Source: Octopus sinensis
Lineage: Eukaryota
Direction: 5' to 3'
NCBI RefSeq assembly: GCF_006345805.1
Contig: NW_021832809.1
Span: 1-32,624, forward strand
DNA: 32,624 nt
Shown here: one piece after another, positions 1 to 10,179 of the stretch
Numbering within the stretch: the first letter of the stretch is position 1
How the letters are laid out: every line of letters begins with the position of its first letter
Notes under the pieces: model-generated
What the model saw: the letters and a program-made list of their open reading frames with translations, nothing else
Told to the model about the DNA's origin: nothing
Databases searched by the model: none
Made by a program: the position numbers and the translations under genes

Positions 1-57
1 CCGCCATTCGTGACAAATCACATACAGACATTCTACACTCAATCATATACAGATTAC

Positions 58-77
58 TATATATATATATATATATA

Positions 78-124
<47 letters not shown>
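58..124. repeat. (TA)n microsatellite
   Basis: Near-perfect TA dinucleotide run read directly. Confidence 0.95.
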
Positions 125-127
<3 letters not shown>

Positions 128-356
128 TATACATATACATATGTTGTGTGGTGTGTGGTGTATATATATATATATATACGAAAATAAACAAAAGACGAAA
201 GCAGGTGGAGTACAAACAAACAATGTATTAGTATGGCGCACAGGAATAGAAATAAAACAAGTCGTTTACGTTCGAGCCTACGCTCTTCGACAGAAAGATA
301 CATTGAAAAGAAACAAGGAGAGAAAAAAAATTGCGTGTAGGGGCTAACGATCCAAC

Positions 357-358
<2 letters not shown>

Positions 359-401
<43 letters not shown>

Positions 402-437
402 TATAGTATATATAATATATATATAATATATATATAT
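359..437. repeat. (TA)n microsatellite, interrupted
   Basis: TA run with a few interruptions; source of the poly-IY ORF 358..567. Confidence 0.9.
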
Positions 438-1305
438 ATCCCATTCTGTGAGTGTGTGTGTATATATGCATGTTTAATATGTCTGCGTGAACATACTGGA
501 ATTCGTTGGACAGTTTCTCAGAGCTGCCTTCTACAAAAGGTACATATATTTTAGTTTTAGCTAACAAACTTCAAGCACTGTGTTCGAGATAATAATTTTA
601 TTAATCAATTGAAAGAAAAATCATTAACATTAATGAAAATCTTAAATTGCAAAAATGTTTTATGCTTGGCAATATATCGTAGACGTTAACATAAAATTCA
701 ACTTCACTTATGAATTAATAAATATGTTTATATTGACCAGCAAACTTGAGTGTCATATATTTCCTTACCACTGAGAAAATCATAGTCTGTGTGACATTGA
801 TAATTTATTGGTACGTTTGACACATCTTTTCAACACAGCAACAATGCATCCGTTGATCTGGTGGCGACAAATACGGACATTAAAACTGTTAATTCTTAAG
901 GTATGGCCCCTTTAAAATAAAAGTCGAGTAGATTAAAGTGACAGTGTTAGTCGTCATAAAGTACTTCTAGAAATAACTGTATTCATCGAGAGTGTTCAGA
1001 TGTTATTGTTGTTATATTTGTTTAACAACAATCCTTCTATTGACGATAGTTTCTGTAGTGTCAGAAAATTATCGTCAGAGGATCCAACATGGAAATACTC
1101 TCGTTAGGTAGAACGAAATAGCTGCAAAATCTCTCTTAAGTCGTCCCATAACGATTTTAAAATAATATGACGTATTGGGCAACGTAGAGTCTGATATACA
1201 GACATACGGGACTCTCACGATAGAACATCTTTGATCAGACTTCTGCTCGTGAAGAGCTCATTTTGTATTACAACGAGAACAGTAACAGTCTTCACATCAC
1301 TGAGA

Positions 1306-1515
1306 CTGCTGTTGTTGTTGTTAAGCAACAAGACGGGTAAGGATGATTAGGTGATGTTCTAGGGCTTAGGGGCGGGAGACCCCAGACCTTAGAAAAAAAC
1401 TTTGGTCGTCTTGTAGTCGAGGGCTCTTCGTTGACGCCTGACACCACTGGGAGGTGGCCCTCTAAGTCGCTGGAAATGGAGATCTCCAGGTCCAAATTCT
1501 TGAACGGCTGCTGTT
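1306..1515 (-). repeat. ~210-bp dispersed repeat module, inverted copy of 26555-26782
   Basis: Reverse complement aligns by eye to 26555-26782 (shared TTCAAGAATTTGGACCTGGAGATCTCCATTTCCAGCGACTT, GCGTCAACGAAGAGCCCTCGACTACAA, TTACCCGTCTTGTTGCTTAACAACAAC). Both copies are bounded by CAG/CAA triplet runs. Confidence 0.9.
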
Positions 1516-1563
1516 GCTGCTGCTACAGTTGCTGTTGTTGCTGCTGCTGCTGTTGTTGTTGTT
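1505..1563. repeat. mixed (CTG)/(TTG) triplet microsatellite
   Basis: Read directly. Confidence 0.85.
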
Positions 1564-1951
1564 ATTTAGTTTGAGACTAGCTTTGATTGTGCAGACATAT
1601 GATTGAAGATATTCCAGCGGTTATCATCCCATCTTTTACTCTAACAAATTGTATCTAGGACTACATTATGCAAGGTACTCTTCCCTTTTCTTAGGACGGT
1701 GGATTGTGATTTGGGTAAGACTTGGCAGCTAACTGTAGATGGACAAACGACCACGAAAATATTCTCTCAAAAGTACAACGCGTGTGAATGCAGCGAAAAT
1801 GTTTAATAAATGACCAGAGTACTTCAGAAAATAACAGACACATTTCTTCCCATGACGCCCATATAAATTTGCTATTGAACTGATCATTTCTCGTATCCTT
1901 CATCATAATTGACAATATTGTACACTCTACAAAATTCCTATTATAACGTTA

Positions 1952-2176
1952 CGACTGGGTGCTGAAAAGTTCCTGGCTTGAAGGGTGTCGCGAAAGGCCT
2001 GGTTGGAAGCCCAACCCTCCTGGCTGGAGGCCCAATACCTTACAGGGCATAAGAAGATAAGGACTTCTGCTATAAGTGTGTAAATATGAGAGGGGAATAT
2101 GTTGAATAAAATTGTAATCAACTGATCCACTGTATTTTCTTTTACCCAAAGCCAGAAACTTTTCAGCAGCACCTCG
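1952..2176 (+). mobile_element. Non-autonomous mariner-type MITE / internal deletion derivative (225 bp)
   Basis: TA at 1950-1951 and 2177-2178. Terminal inverted repeats match 25/30 including the TA (TACGACTGGGTGCTGAAAAGTTCCTGGCTT vs TACGAGGTGCTGCTGAAAAGTTTCTGGCTT). Internal 3' part translates YKCVNMRGEYVE*, like a mariner transposase C-terminus. Confidence 0.8.
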
Positions 2177-2975
2177 TATAATCTAATACTGTACTGTTTC
2201 ATCTTTAACGAATCAGACGCAATTCTTAACCGACATTCTGTTCATGAAAATTAAAAACAACGTTAGTTCAGCTAGTTTCGCTGGCTATATCAACGGACTA
2301 TCACACCCAAGAGTGTGATAATGAAGTGATGTAGCCAAACCCACAAAACAAATCGTTCACAGAATCTCGTTAGCTAAGCAACAAAAAGGTATCCCAAGAA
2401 CGTATTTGACCACAATCTACCATTACACGCTTAAGAGACTAATGATGATTATAAGATTTATGTTGTGTCACGTATAATGTATTATCCAACAAGGAGGATT
2501 ATAAATGTCATTCGATTTGTTAATTAATGCAACCAAACATTCTTGTAAGTCACGCTTTCAGTCTTAGAAATGAAGGTTTGCAGTGGATAATTAGAATCTG
2601 AATAAAAATGAACGGGTCACGACTAGAAATTTTTTTTAACCATAGGTTTCACAAAAATACCACCAGATAATAAATAAATTGCTCTACTGATCAAAGGAAA
2701 GCCGACAGCATGAATAAGAGGGTACGAACATTCAGAATATCAACATATTTGAGCGATGTAGTAAGGACCAGTAGCTGTGCAGATTCGTTAGAATGCTAGT
2801 GTTTCACTCAGTGCATCGCTCAACGCAAGAGTGTGTATGACCCGACGCCACGTGTTTGTATGCGTGTCTGTATATCCATCCGTATATTCTTATAGGGTGG
2901 CACGTGTGCTTGTGAACTTTTAAGTGTATATCTATATTTGGGTAAGTATGCAATTGTGTGAACGTGTGTATATGT

Positions 2976-2984
2976 ATTATTATA

Positions 2985-3038
<54 letters not shown>
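2976..3038. repeat. (TTA)n microsatellite
   Basis: Read directly. Confidence 0.95.
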
Positions 3039-3059
3039 GAGTGAGAGAGCAGTGCATGC

Positions 3060-3463
3060 CATCAAAGTGACACTGGAGAAAAATACACGAAGCTCAGTAT
3101 ACCCATCATGATTACCCATCTGATAAGGGTACACGAGGCGCTTACATGCATCACAACAATATGTGCGTGACATAATGATCTCATATCAAAATAAACAGCG
3201 AATGACCTTGCAGGTGGGGGCCCAGTTAGAATCTTTTTCATGTCCCTGAATAAGGGTTGTTTAAGGATGATGAACAAAACACCCATGTTTCCACAGGTGA
3301 ATTACCCAAACCCCAAAGAATTCCTCTCAACACATGGCTATGATGCTCCCCGACTACTTCTGCTCGTGATCAGAGATGCACATATCGTCAGCCACTAAGG
3401 GACATGCTCAAATGGTTAAAATCAAGCGACAATCATATCTGGTATTGAGCAGAATATTTGCTG
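3060..3463. repeat. Unclassified interspersed repeat between two (TTA)n tracts
   Basis: GC-richer block bounded by TTA tracts. Shares ACTTCTGCTCGTGA (3356-3369) with 1239-1252. Resembles a repeat I recall from Octopus DNA, but I cannot assign class or orientation. Confidence 0.4.
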
Positions 3464-3524
3464 TATTATTATTATTATATTATTATTATTATTATTATTA
3501 TTACTATTACTATTATTATTATTA

Positions 3525-3606
<82 letters not shown>
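3464..3606. repeat. (TTA)n microsatellite, ~140 bp
   Basis: Read directly; forms the (TAA)n tail of the minus-strand RLE fragment to its right. Confidence 0.95.
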
Positions 3607-3607
<1 letters not shown>

Positions 3608-3615
3608 ATCATTAT

Positions 3616-4101
3616 AGGCGTCGCTCAGTATACAATATCGTGGGGTTGTTGATTGAAGATATTGTACTGTTTGTCAAGTCACAACAAGGACCTCAAACAG
3701 TACTTTACGCAATGCCGACTCTTGCAATACATCTAGATTGTAGGATATTTCTAAAGTTTTAGATGTTTTTGGGTTTTATTTTCAGATTGGATGGTATTGA
3801 ACCCAATGATCCGATGACAATTCTCAGGTCTCAATATTTATCAAATTTTCTCTTTCTTTCATGATGATGTGTTGATCTCCTGGCACCGCTATGTCGATTA
3901 TTAGCCACTCGTTTGGCCCTCGTAAAGGTTACTATATCCGGCCTTCGGTGCTCTAACACTGTCTGGAAATCCAAGTCCCAGAGGATTTTTGCCTTCCCAT
4001 TTTCGTCCATTACCTTTTCCGGTGTATGTTGGTACCAAGTACCTGTTACCCCATATCCATATTTACGGTATAGTAGCCAGTGGAGGTTTTGAGATTTGTC
4101 G

Positions 4102-4102
<1 letters not shown>
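3616..4102 (-). mobile_element. 5'-truncated R4/Dong-like non-LTR retrotransposon, RLE endonuclease and 3' end (copy C)
   Basis: Minus strand translates with frameshifts as HDKSQNLHWLLYRKYGYGVTGTWYQHTPEKVMDENGKAKILWDLDFQT..VLEHRRPDIVTF..EWLIIDIAVPGDQHIIMKERE. This is the PD..D restriction-like endonuclease region. Flanked by TAA tracts on both sides. Confidence 0.85.

Positions 4103-4103
<1 letters not shown>

Positions 4104-4138
<35 letters not shown>
4104..4138. repeat. (TTA)n tract
   Basis: Read directly. Confidence 0.95.
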
Positions 4139-4139
<1 letters not shown>

Positions 4140-4783
4140 TATGTTTGACTTTTGCTTTATATTTGTACAAGTTGGCTCCAAGTCTCACCCAGAGACCTCA
4201 AGAGACAACAGGTTGGAAGTTAATGTTGTTGTTATGCCTAGTGTGCCATATATTTGGGTGGGGGTTGTGTTGTTCTAGTGAATGTCAAAAAAAAAATTAT
4301 GTTTGTTTTAAACCCTGAGATTACATAGAAAGTGTTTTGCGTAGGATATGAGCAGTACCCATGAGCACTATCTTTTGAATTTCTGCCATTTTGGGGTTTC
4401 CTGGTATCTGAGTTAGGTAGCAATCAGCCCCTTTCGCTATCATTCCCAGGGCACCTATGGCAACAGGTATTGTTTTTGTTTTTAAGGTGGCGAGCTGGCA
4501 GAAACGTTTGCACGCCGGGCGAAATGCGTAGCCGTATTTCGTCTGCCGTTACGTTGTGAGTTCAAATTCCGCCGAGGTCGACTTTGCCTTTCATCCTTTC
4601 GGGGTCGATGAATTAATTACCAGTTACGCAGTGGGGTCGATGTAGTCGACTTAATCTGTGTGTCTGTCCTTGTTTGTCCTCTCTGTGTTTAGCCCCTTGT
4701 GGGTAGTAAAGAAATAGGTATTGTTTTAGTTTTCAGGTTCCACATTTTGCTGATTTCTATTTCAAGATCTTTATATTTGCTCA

Positions 4784-4784
<1 letters not shown>
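4139..4784 (-). mobile_element. 5'-truncated R4/Dong-like RLE retrotransposon 3' end (copy D), interrupted by a SINE
   Basis: With the SINE removed, the minus strand reads LSKYKDLEIEISKMWNLKTKTIPVAIGALGMIAKGADCYLTQIPGNPKMAEIQKIVLMGTAHILRKTLSM* (stop 4321-4323). A ~180-bp 3' UTR follows and ends in (TAA)n. Confidence 0.9.
4484..4722 (+). mobile_element. tRNA-derived SINE, family B
   Basis: AAGGTGGCGAGCTGGCAGAAACG head, GAGTTCAAATTCC B-box-like motif and GGGGTCGAT core. Homologous copies at 17683 and 29295-30019. Flanking duplication GGTATTGTTTT(T/A)GTTTT. Confidence 0.85.
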
Positions 4785-4835
<51 letters not shown>

Positions 4836-4853
4836 TATTATTATTAATATGAG

Positions 4854-4913
<60 letters not shown>

Positions 4914-4923
4914 TATTATTATT
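4785..4923. repeat. compound (TTA)n-(ATC)n-(ATT)n microsatellite
   Basis: Read directly; on the minus strand it is the (TAA)/(TGA) tail of copy A. Confidence 0.95.
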
Positions 4924-6270
4924 TTCAGTAGTCTTATTTTTATCACGTGCTTTCATTACACTGCCGAGCGCAGCTCTGTGTGACTTTGATATATGCTGAG
5001 GTTTGCTGTGGTGCCATTATTTTCACTGTATTGTAGGTGTTTTACGTAGGTCGTGTGCTGTACCTAGTAAAGGTATTTTCTATATGTTATATATATTCGT
5101 AAGTACTGGTGTTTTGGTTATGTATTTGTCTAAAAGTTTTTGAAGCATACCTAATGCACCTCTTATCATAGGAATTTTTTCTGTTTTTAGGCTCCACATT
5201 CTGATTATCTCTACTTCCAGATCTTTGTATTTTTGAAAGTTTCTCCGTTCTTTTAAAGATACATTGTCATCTGTTGAGATAAGATGACTAATTCCTAGCT
5301 AAGAAATAATATAACTGAATATATTCCTTCTTAGCCAGGACGAGATAGCCAGAGACTATATGACTTATTGTATCTTCTCTGCAGTTACTTGTATTTTTCT
5401 TCATAATGTGTTTCTGGTAGTTTCTGATGGGGAGTCTTTGATCTTGTGCAGTAACTAAAAATCTTTCATTTTGTGCTTTCAGTCCTGAGCTTCCCAACCA
5501 TCGTTGGGATTTTACTTTGTCTATTTCTTTTCTGTTTAACTTATCCCAGTATTTGCCATGTAAAGGCTTTTCTTGCCATTATTTTATCAAAGTATTTTTT
5601 GTCCCAGTTTTAGTTTGGATTTATGAGTCGTTTTACAGTTTTTGTTGTTTCCTTTTTTTCTGCATAACTGACTTCTTTCTTGCATTTATCAGTTTCCTTA
5701 AGTACTTGACACATTTTTTTGTTTTGCTCGTGTTTTGCGGCTATTTGTACTAGTTTTCCTTGCTTCTGAATTAGGTATCTCTGTAATACTACGGTGATTA
5801 TTTTATAATAGTTTTCCAGTTGTATAAGGCTTCTACTACCTTCAGCTCGTTGTAAAACCTTTCTATGTCAGATTTTAGGTGGTGCATCCTAAATATGTCA
5901 TTATTTTTCTTGTTTTCCTGTCTAGATTAGTTCATTTAGAGTCCAATTAAGAATATCGTAACTGTAACTTATAACTTGGACAGCTAGAGTATTGATACCT
6001 ACTATCTTGTTTTTCGCATTGAGCTCTGGTTTAAGTATTGATCTAACTTGTCTATAGTATTCCTTCCTTATCTTCTCTTTCATTCGTGTGTGTTGTACCG
6101 TACCTAGTTCATTGACTCCTAAGTATTTGTCTGTCTGGCTTTGGTCTAATTCTCTTATTTCATTTGCTTTATCTAGAATGATATTGTTACTCTTTAACTA
6201 GTTTTTCTCAGTCGAATTTCATGATTATTTCTTTGGTGAATCGATACACTGCCTGTCTGTATAATTATTA
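4924..6270 (-). mobile_element. 5'-truncated, decayed R4/Dong-like retrotransposon: RT C-terminus, zinc-knuckle region, RLE (copy A)
   Basis: Minus-strand fragments: VYRFTKEIIMKF; DQSQTDKYLGVNELGTVQHTRMKEKIRKEYYRQVRSILKPELNAK (RT domain 7 region); GLKAQNERFLVTAQDQRLPIRNYQKH..DTISHIVSG (ORF 5288..5497); KIPLLGTAHDLRKTPTIQ* (stop 5023-5025). Many stops and frameshifts. Confidence 0.85.
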
Positions 6271-6429
6271 TTGTATAACTGTTCAATATTTGGTAGATTG
6301 AGGCAAATTTCTACCACATCGCCTGCTACACCTCCGTCTCACTAGGTTGTGTGCAGCATCGTGCGTTCTTTTCTGCTGTTGGGAGAGTGCGAATTCTTCC
6401 ACGTACTTTATTGTTTTAGCATTTTTTCC

Positions 6430-6887
6430 TTGAGGTATGGTGCTGTCTTTTGTTGTGTTACTACTTGTATTGTATGTTGAGTGTGTAATGCTTTGATTTT
6501 CTAGCTTGCTAGTGGAAGTTTATATCACTGGGTAAATGCGGTATAGAGTGTCTTGTATTTATGGGTTGTTTGGTTACATTGTATTATTGGATTGATAGTG
6601 TCTTGTATAGGATGTGAGCTGTTCCTAGCAGGGCTATTTTTTGGACAGTGTACCCTGTTCAGGACCCAGGTATAGCTTCTACATTTTTGCCCATATGATT
6701 TTTTATCATGCCCAATGCTCCAATTATTATTGGTATTGTTTTTACTTTCATGCCCCATATTTTGAATACTTTAATTTCGAGGTCTTCGTAAGACAATTTT
6801 TGATCAGAAGGGACTGCAATGTCTATCAGTAAGCAGGTGTTTTCCCCCTAATCTTTGACTATTGTGTCTGAGCGATTATCTTGTTTT
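6430..6887 (-). mobile_element. R4/Dong-like RLE domain and 3' UTR fragment (copy B)
   Basis: Minus strand: NRSDTIVKD*GENTCLLIDIAVPSDQKLSYEDLEIKVFKIWGMKVKTIPIIIGALGMIKNHMG..QKIALLGTAHILYKTLSIQ* (stop 6584-6586). Confidence 0.8.
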
Positions 6888-7213
6888 TAGTCATGAATAA
6901 CCATGGGATTGCACCTAGAAAGTTACCCTCCGAGGCACAAGTCCGTGCAAGGTTGTTTATGGAAGACCAGCAGTCGCCCATGCATACCAGCTTCCCCTCT
7001 CTACGCCACTGATGTTATCCAAGGGAAAGGCAAAGGCTGATACAGCTTGACACCAGTGACGTCGCAACTAATTTCTACAGCTGAGTGAACTGGAGTAACG
7101 TGAAATAAAGTGACTTGCTGAAGAACACAACACACCGCCCGGTCCGGGAAACGAATTTCACTACAGCATGATTGTGAGCCCGACGCTCTAACCACTGAGC
7201 CATGCGTCTTCAC
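6888..7213 (-). mobile_element. tRNA-derived SINE, family C
   Basis: Minus strand starts GTGAAGACGCATGGCTCAGTGGTTAGAGCGTCGGGC (A-box), then a degenerate B-box ATTCGTTTCCCGG and a TTCAGCAAGTCACTTT core-like motif. It abuts an (ACAT)n run. Confidence 0.8.
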
Positions 7214-7284
7214 ACATACATATACCTACCTACCGCTACATACATACATACATACATACATACATACATACATACATACATACA

Positions 7285-7313
<29 letters not shown>
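7214..7313. repeat. (ACAT)n microsatellite
   Basis: Read directly. Confidence 0.9.
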
Positions 7314-7315
<2 letters not shown>

Positions 7316-7803
7316 GCCAGTGTACTAGAATATACTTGTGTATACTTGTGTATATAAATTCATATGCACAAATCATTTTCTTTACCCTTCATTTTTTAAC
7401 TAGTTCAAGAAGGAGCCATATTTCAACCTGTCAACGACAGCCTTTAAGTAAAATGATAACTATTTCTTTGATTATTCTGAAATTAAGGCCGAATATGTTT
7501 TAATCTCCAACAAAATGTGTCAGCGATCATCAGTCAGCTATGGCTAATACCTAAATATAATGGCTATTGAATGTCTATAGAATCAACCGCAACATATTTT
7601 AAGTATCACTTATTTACTACTGCAGTTTGGTAAATGTCAGAAATTTTCCCGTTTATGTTTTTCTCCACCATTAATCTTTCTTATTTTGTTGTTTATATCA
7701 TTTCGTACTGTGAAGGAAAAGGTTAACCCCATGCTGATTTCAGTCTGCATCCTGGTTTCAGTTTCGGTTGCCATTTTCATATACATACATACATACATAC
7801 ATT

Positions 7804-7837
<34 letters not shown>

Positions 7838-8019
7838 ATACATAGCATTTAACTTTACTTGTTTCGTTTGAGAAAGTCATGAACATATTTATCGCGTTTT
7901 CTTTCTGTTTTATATTCATAAATTTGTGCCCAAGGAAGTGTAAGTACTCAAGACAGAAGGAAAAAAATGTAGATCATCAACACATTTTTCTAGCGTGCTT
8001 ATGTCGAGATAGATTGAGG

Positions 8020-8164
8020 TTGATGTACACATACACACACGCGCATATTTTGATATATATGTATATATGTGTGTGTATATTTACATATATATATGTATGT
8101 ATTATGTATGTATATATATGTATATATTATTATTATATATTATATATATATATATACACATATT

Positions 8165-8195
<31 letters not shown>

Positions 8196-8407
8196 GGGGT
8201 AAAATAAGAAAAGTCACGAAAATGCATATTGTAGATATAAAATATATATATATATATATACATATTCATTTTTATGCACGTGTATATGATATGTATAATA
8301 TATATATCTTTTTATATCTACAATATGCATTTTCGTTGACTTTTCTTATTTTACCCTTACACTTCCACGTGTATTTTATATTCTTTTTCAAAACATATTT
8401 CTACTAC

Positions 8408-8440
<33 letters not shown>
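8020..8440. repeat. TA/TG/CATA low-complexity region
   Basis: Degenerate dinucleotide and tetranucleotide repeats; explains ORFs 7879..8196 and 8069..8467. Confidence 0.8.
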
Positions 8441-8443
<3 letters not shown>

Positions 8444-8569
8444 GACATATTCTCTAAATTATATTAACGCTTTCTCTATGAAAAAATAGAGACCGTGAGT
8501 TACAGATTTTCGAATCATTGGGTTCATTATAAATAGCTGCAGAACTGTCTTGAATCGTCCGTCACCTTC

Positions 8570-8706
8570 TAAAATCTACTTGAGAATTACGTTAAGGTTA
8601 GATGGGACTGTGGAATGCTCAGCCACTTTGCACGTTAGTTCAGTGAGTAAGTCGTTCTGTTGACCGAACAACTAGACGTGCATACGTCGAGACCTAAGGG
8701 AGTGTC
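8570..8706 (+). mobile_element. Degenerate 3' tail of SINE family D
   Basis: TACGTTAAGGTTAGATGGGACTGTGGAATGCTCAGCCACTTTGCACGTTA..GGAGTG aligns loosely with the reverse complement of 28412-28540. Confidence 0.55.
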
Positions 8707-9109
8707 TATCAATATGCCTGTGTGTGTGTATGTGTTTGTGTATGCGTGTGCGTGGGCGCGTATATGCGACTGTAAATGCTTATGCCTGTGTGCGTGCATT
8801 TGTGTGTATGTGCGTATGATATTTATTATTTTAAAATTTCACTACTGTCAGGTATTACGGTGTGCAAATGGTTATCTTTAAAGTCAGTTACTTTTTGGAC
8901 GAGAAAATTATATTTAACTCCATCATTCATGTCGAATGGTAGAATTTAATGGTAGAGTTGGTTTGAATATATCTCAATACATGTGAAGAATTTTAATGTA
9001 GGTGCAAAACAAGGCGGGAAAATTAACACTCGAATAACAAAGGTAGAGCAAAATACTGTTCTATTAAAGCCGAACAAAAAATACGAAAAAACTCCAGTTT
9101 CTTCGACTG

Positions 9110-9169
9110 AGACAGACAGACAGACAGACAGTCAGACAGACAGACAGACAGGCATGCAGACAGGCAGGC

Positions 9170-9257
<88 letters not shown>

Positions 9258-9273
9258 GGATATATATATATAT

Positions 9274-9332
<59 letters not shown>
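9110..9332. repeat. compound (GACA)n-(GATA)n-(TA)n-(GATA)n microsatellite
   Basis: Read directly. Confidence 0.95.
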
Positions 9333-9333
<1 letters not shown>

Positions 9334-9690
9334 TGGCACCTAGGGCACGTGTCTTCTACAATAGCCTCGAGCCGATCAAAGCCCTGTGAGTGGATTTGGT
9401 AGACGGAAACTGAAAGAAGCCCGTCGTATATATGTATATATATATATATATGTGTGTGTGTGTATGTGTGTGTGTGTTTGTGTGTCTGTGTTTATTCCCC
9501 CCAATATCACTTGACAACCGATGCTGGTGTGTTTACGTCTCCGTAACTTAGCGGTTCGGCAAAATAGAACGATAGAATAAATACTAGGCTCACAAAGAAT
9601 AAGTCCTGGCGTCGATTTGCTCTACTAAAGGCGCTACTCCAGCATGGCCACAGTCAAATGACTGAAACAAGTAAAAGAGTAAAAGAGTAA
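9333..9690 (+). mobile_element. tRNA-derived SINE, family A, head missing
   Basis: Colinear with the full copy at 17945-18344 from GTGGCACC onward, including the internal TA/TG microsatellite and the GTAAAAGA tail. Confidence 0.9.
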
Positions 9691-9720
9691 ATATATATAT
9701 GAGTGTAAATGAGTGTATAT

Positions 9721-9755
<35 letters not shown>

Positions 9756-9875
9756 ATAGTAAAAGCAATTAAGATCCAAGTGAGTTCTATTGAATTCACT
9801 CGAATGCGGTACTTAACTTAGATGCACCATAAAACTATATGGTATTAACCATAAAATAATGTGGGGTGATTATAA

Positions 9876-10051
9876 ACAAGATAAAAGCAACAAGAATGGA
9901 TTAGTTTTTCAGTACAATTGTTTCATACGAAAACCACCTTTATTAAAAGCTGCAAATATTGCAGCAAATACAAGTGTCCCGTACTCATCAGCCAAAACAC
10001 ATATGAGTTCTCCAAGCATCCTAGTGGGTGAGGCTACACTCATTAAGTATC
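9876..10051 (-). repeat. Inverted pseudo-LTR of the PLE (5' copy)
   Basis: Reverse complement of 12470-12645 with only a handful of substitutions by eye. Confidence 0.95.
9907..9997 (-). ncRNA. Type I hammerhead ribozyme (antisense pLTR copy)
   Basis: Minus strand: TTTTGG-CTGATGA-GTACGGGAC...GGTTTTCGTAT-GAAAC-AATT-GTA-CTGAAA. Same core as the plus-strand copy. Confidence 0.75.
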
Positions 10052-10179
10052 TAATTTGATTTTATCCGAGTTACCTTTGCTCTGGTCTATATTTTTATTT
10101 GTATGGTTAGGCTTGTACGTTAGATTTGTAGTTACCGTAAATCTATTTCTACTTTTATTTCGGGCGTGGTCTATATTCT

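Noticed and set aside
2299-2320. Perfect 8-bp hairpin TATCACAC-CCAAGA-GTGTGATA
   Set aside because: Short and isolated; expected by chance in 32 kb of AT-rich DNA.
7615-7710. Minus-strand splice acceptor TTAACCTTTTCCTTCACAG followed by a short open frame (RNDINNKIRKINGGEKHKRENF..)
   Set aside because: No good donor, no homology and no supporting exons; such sites arise by chance in AT-rich DNA.
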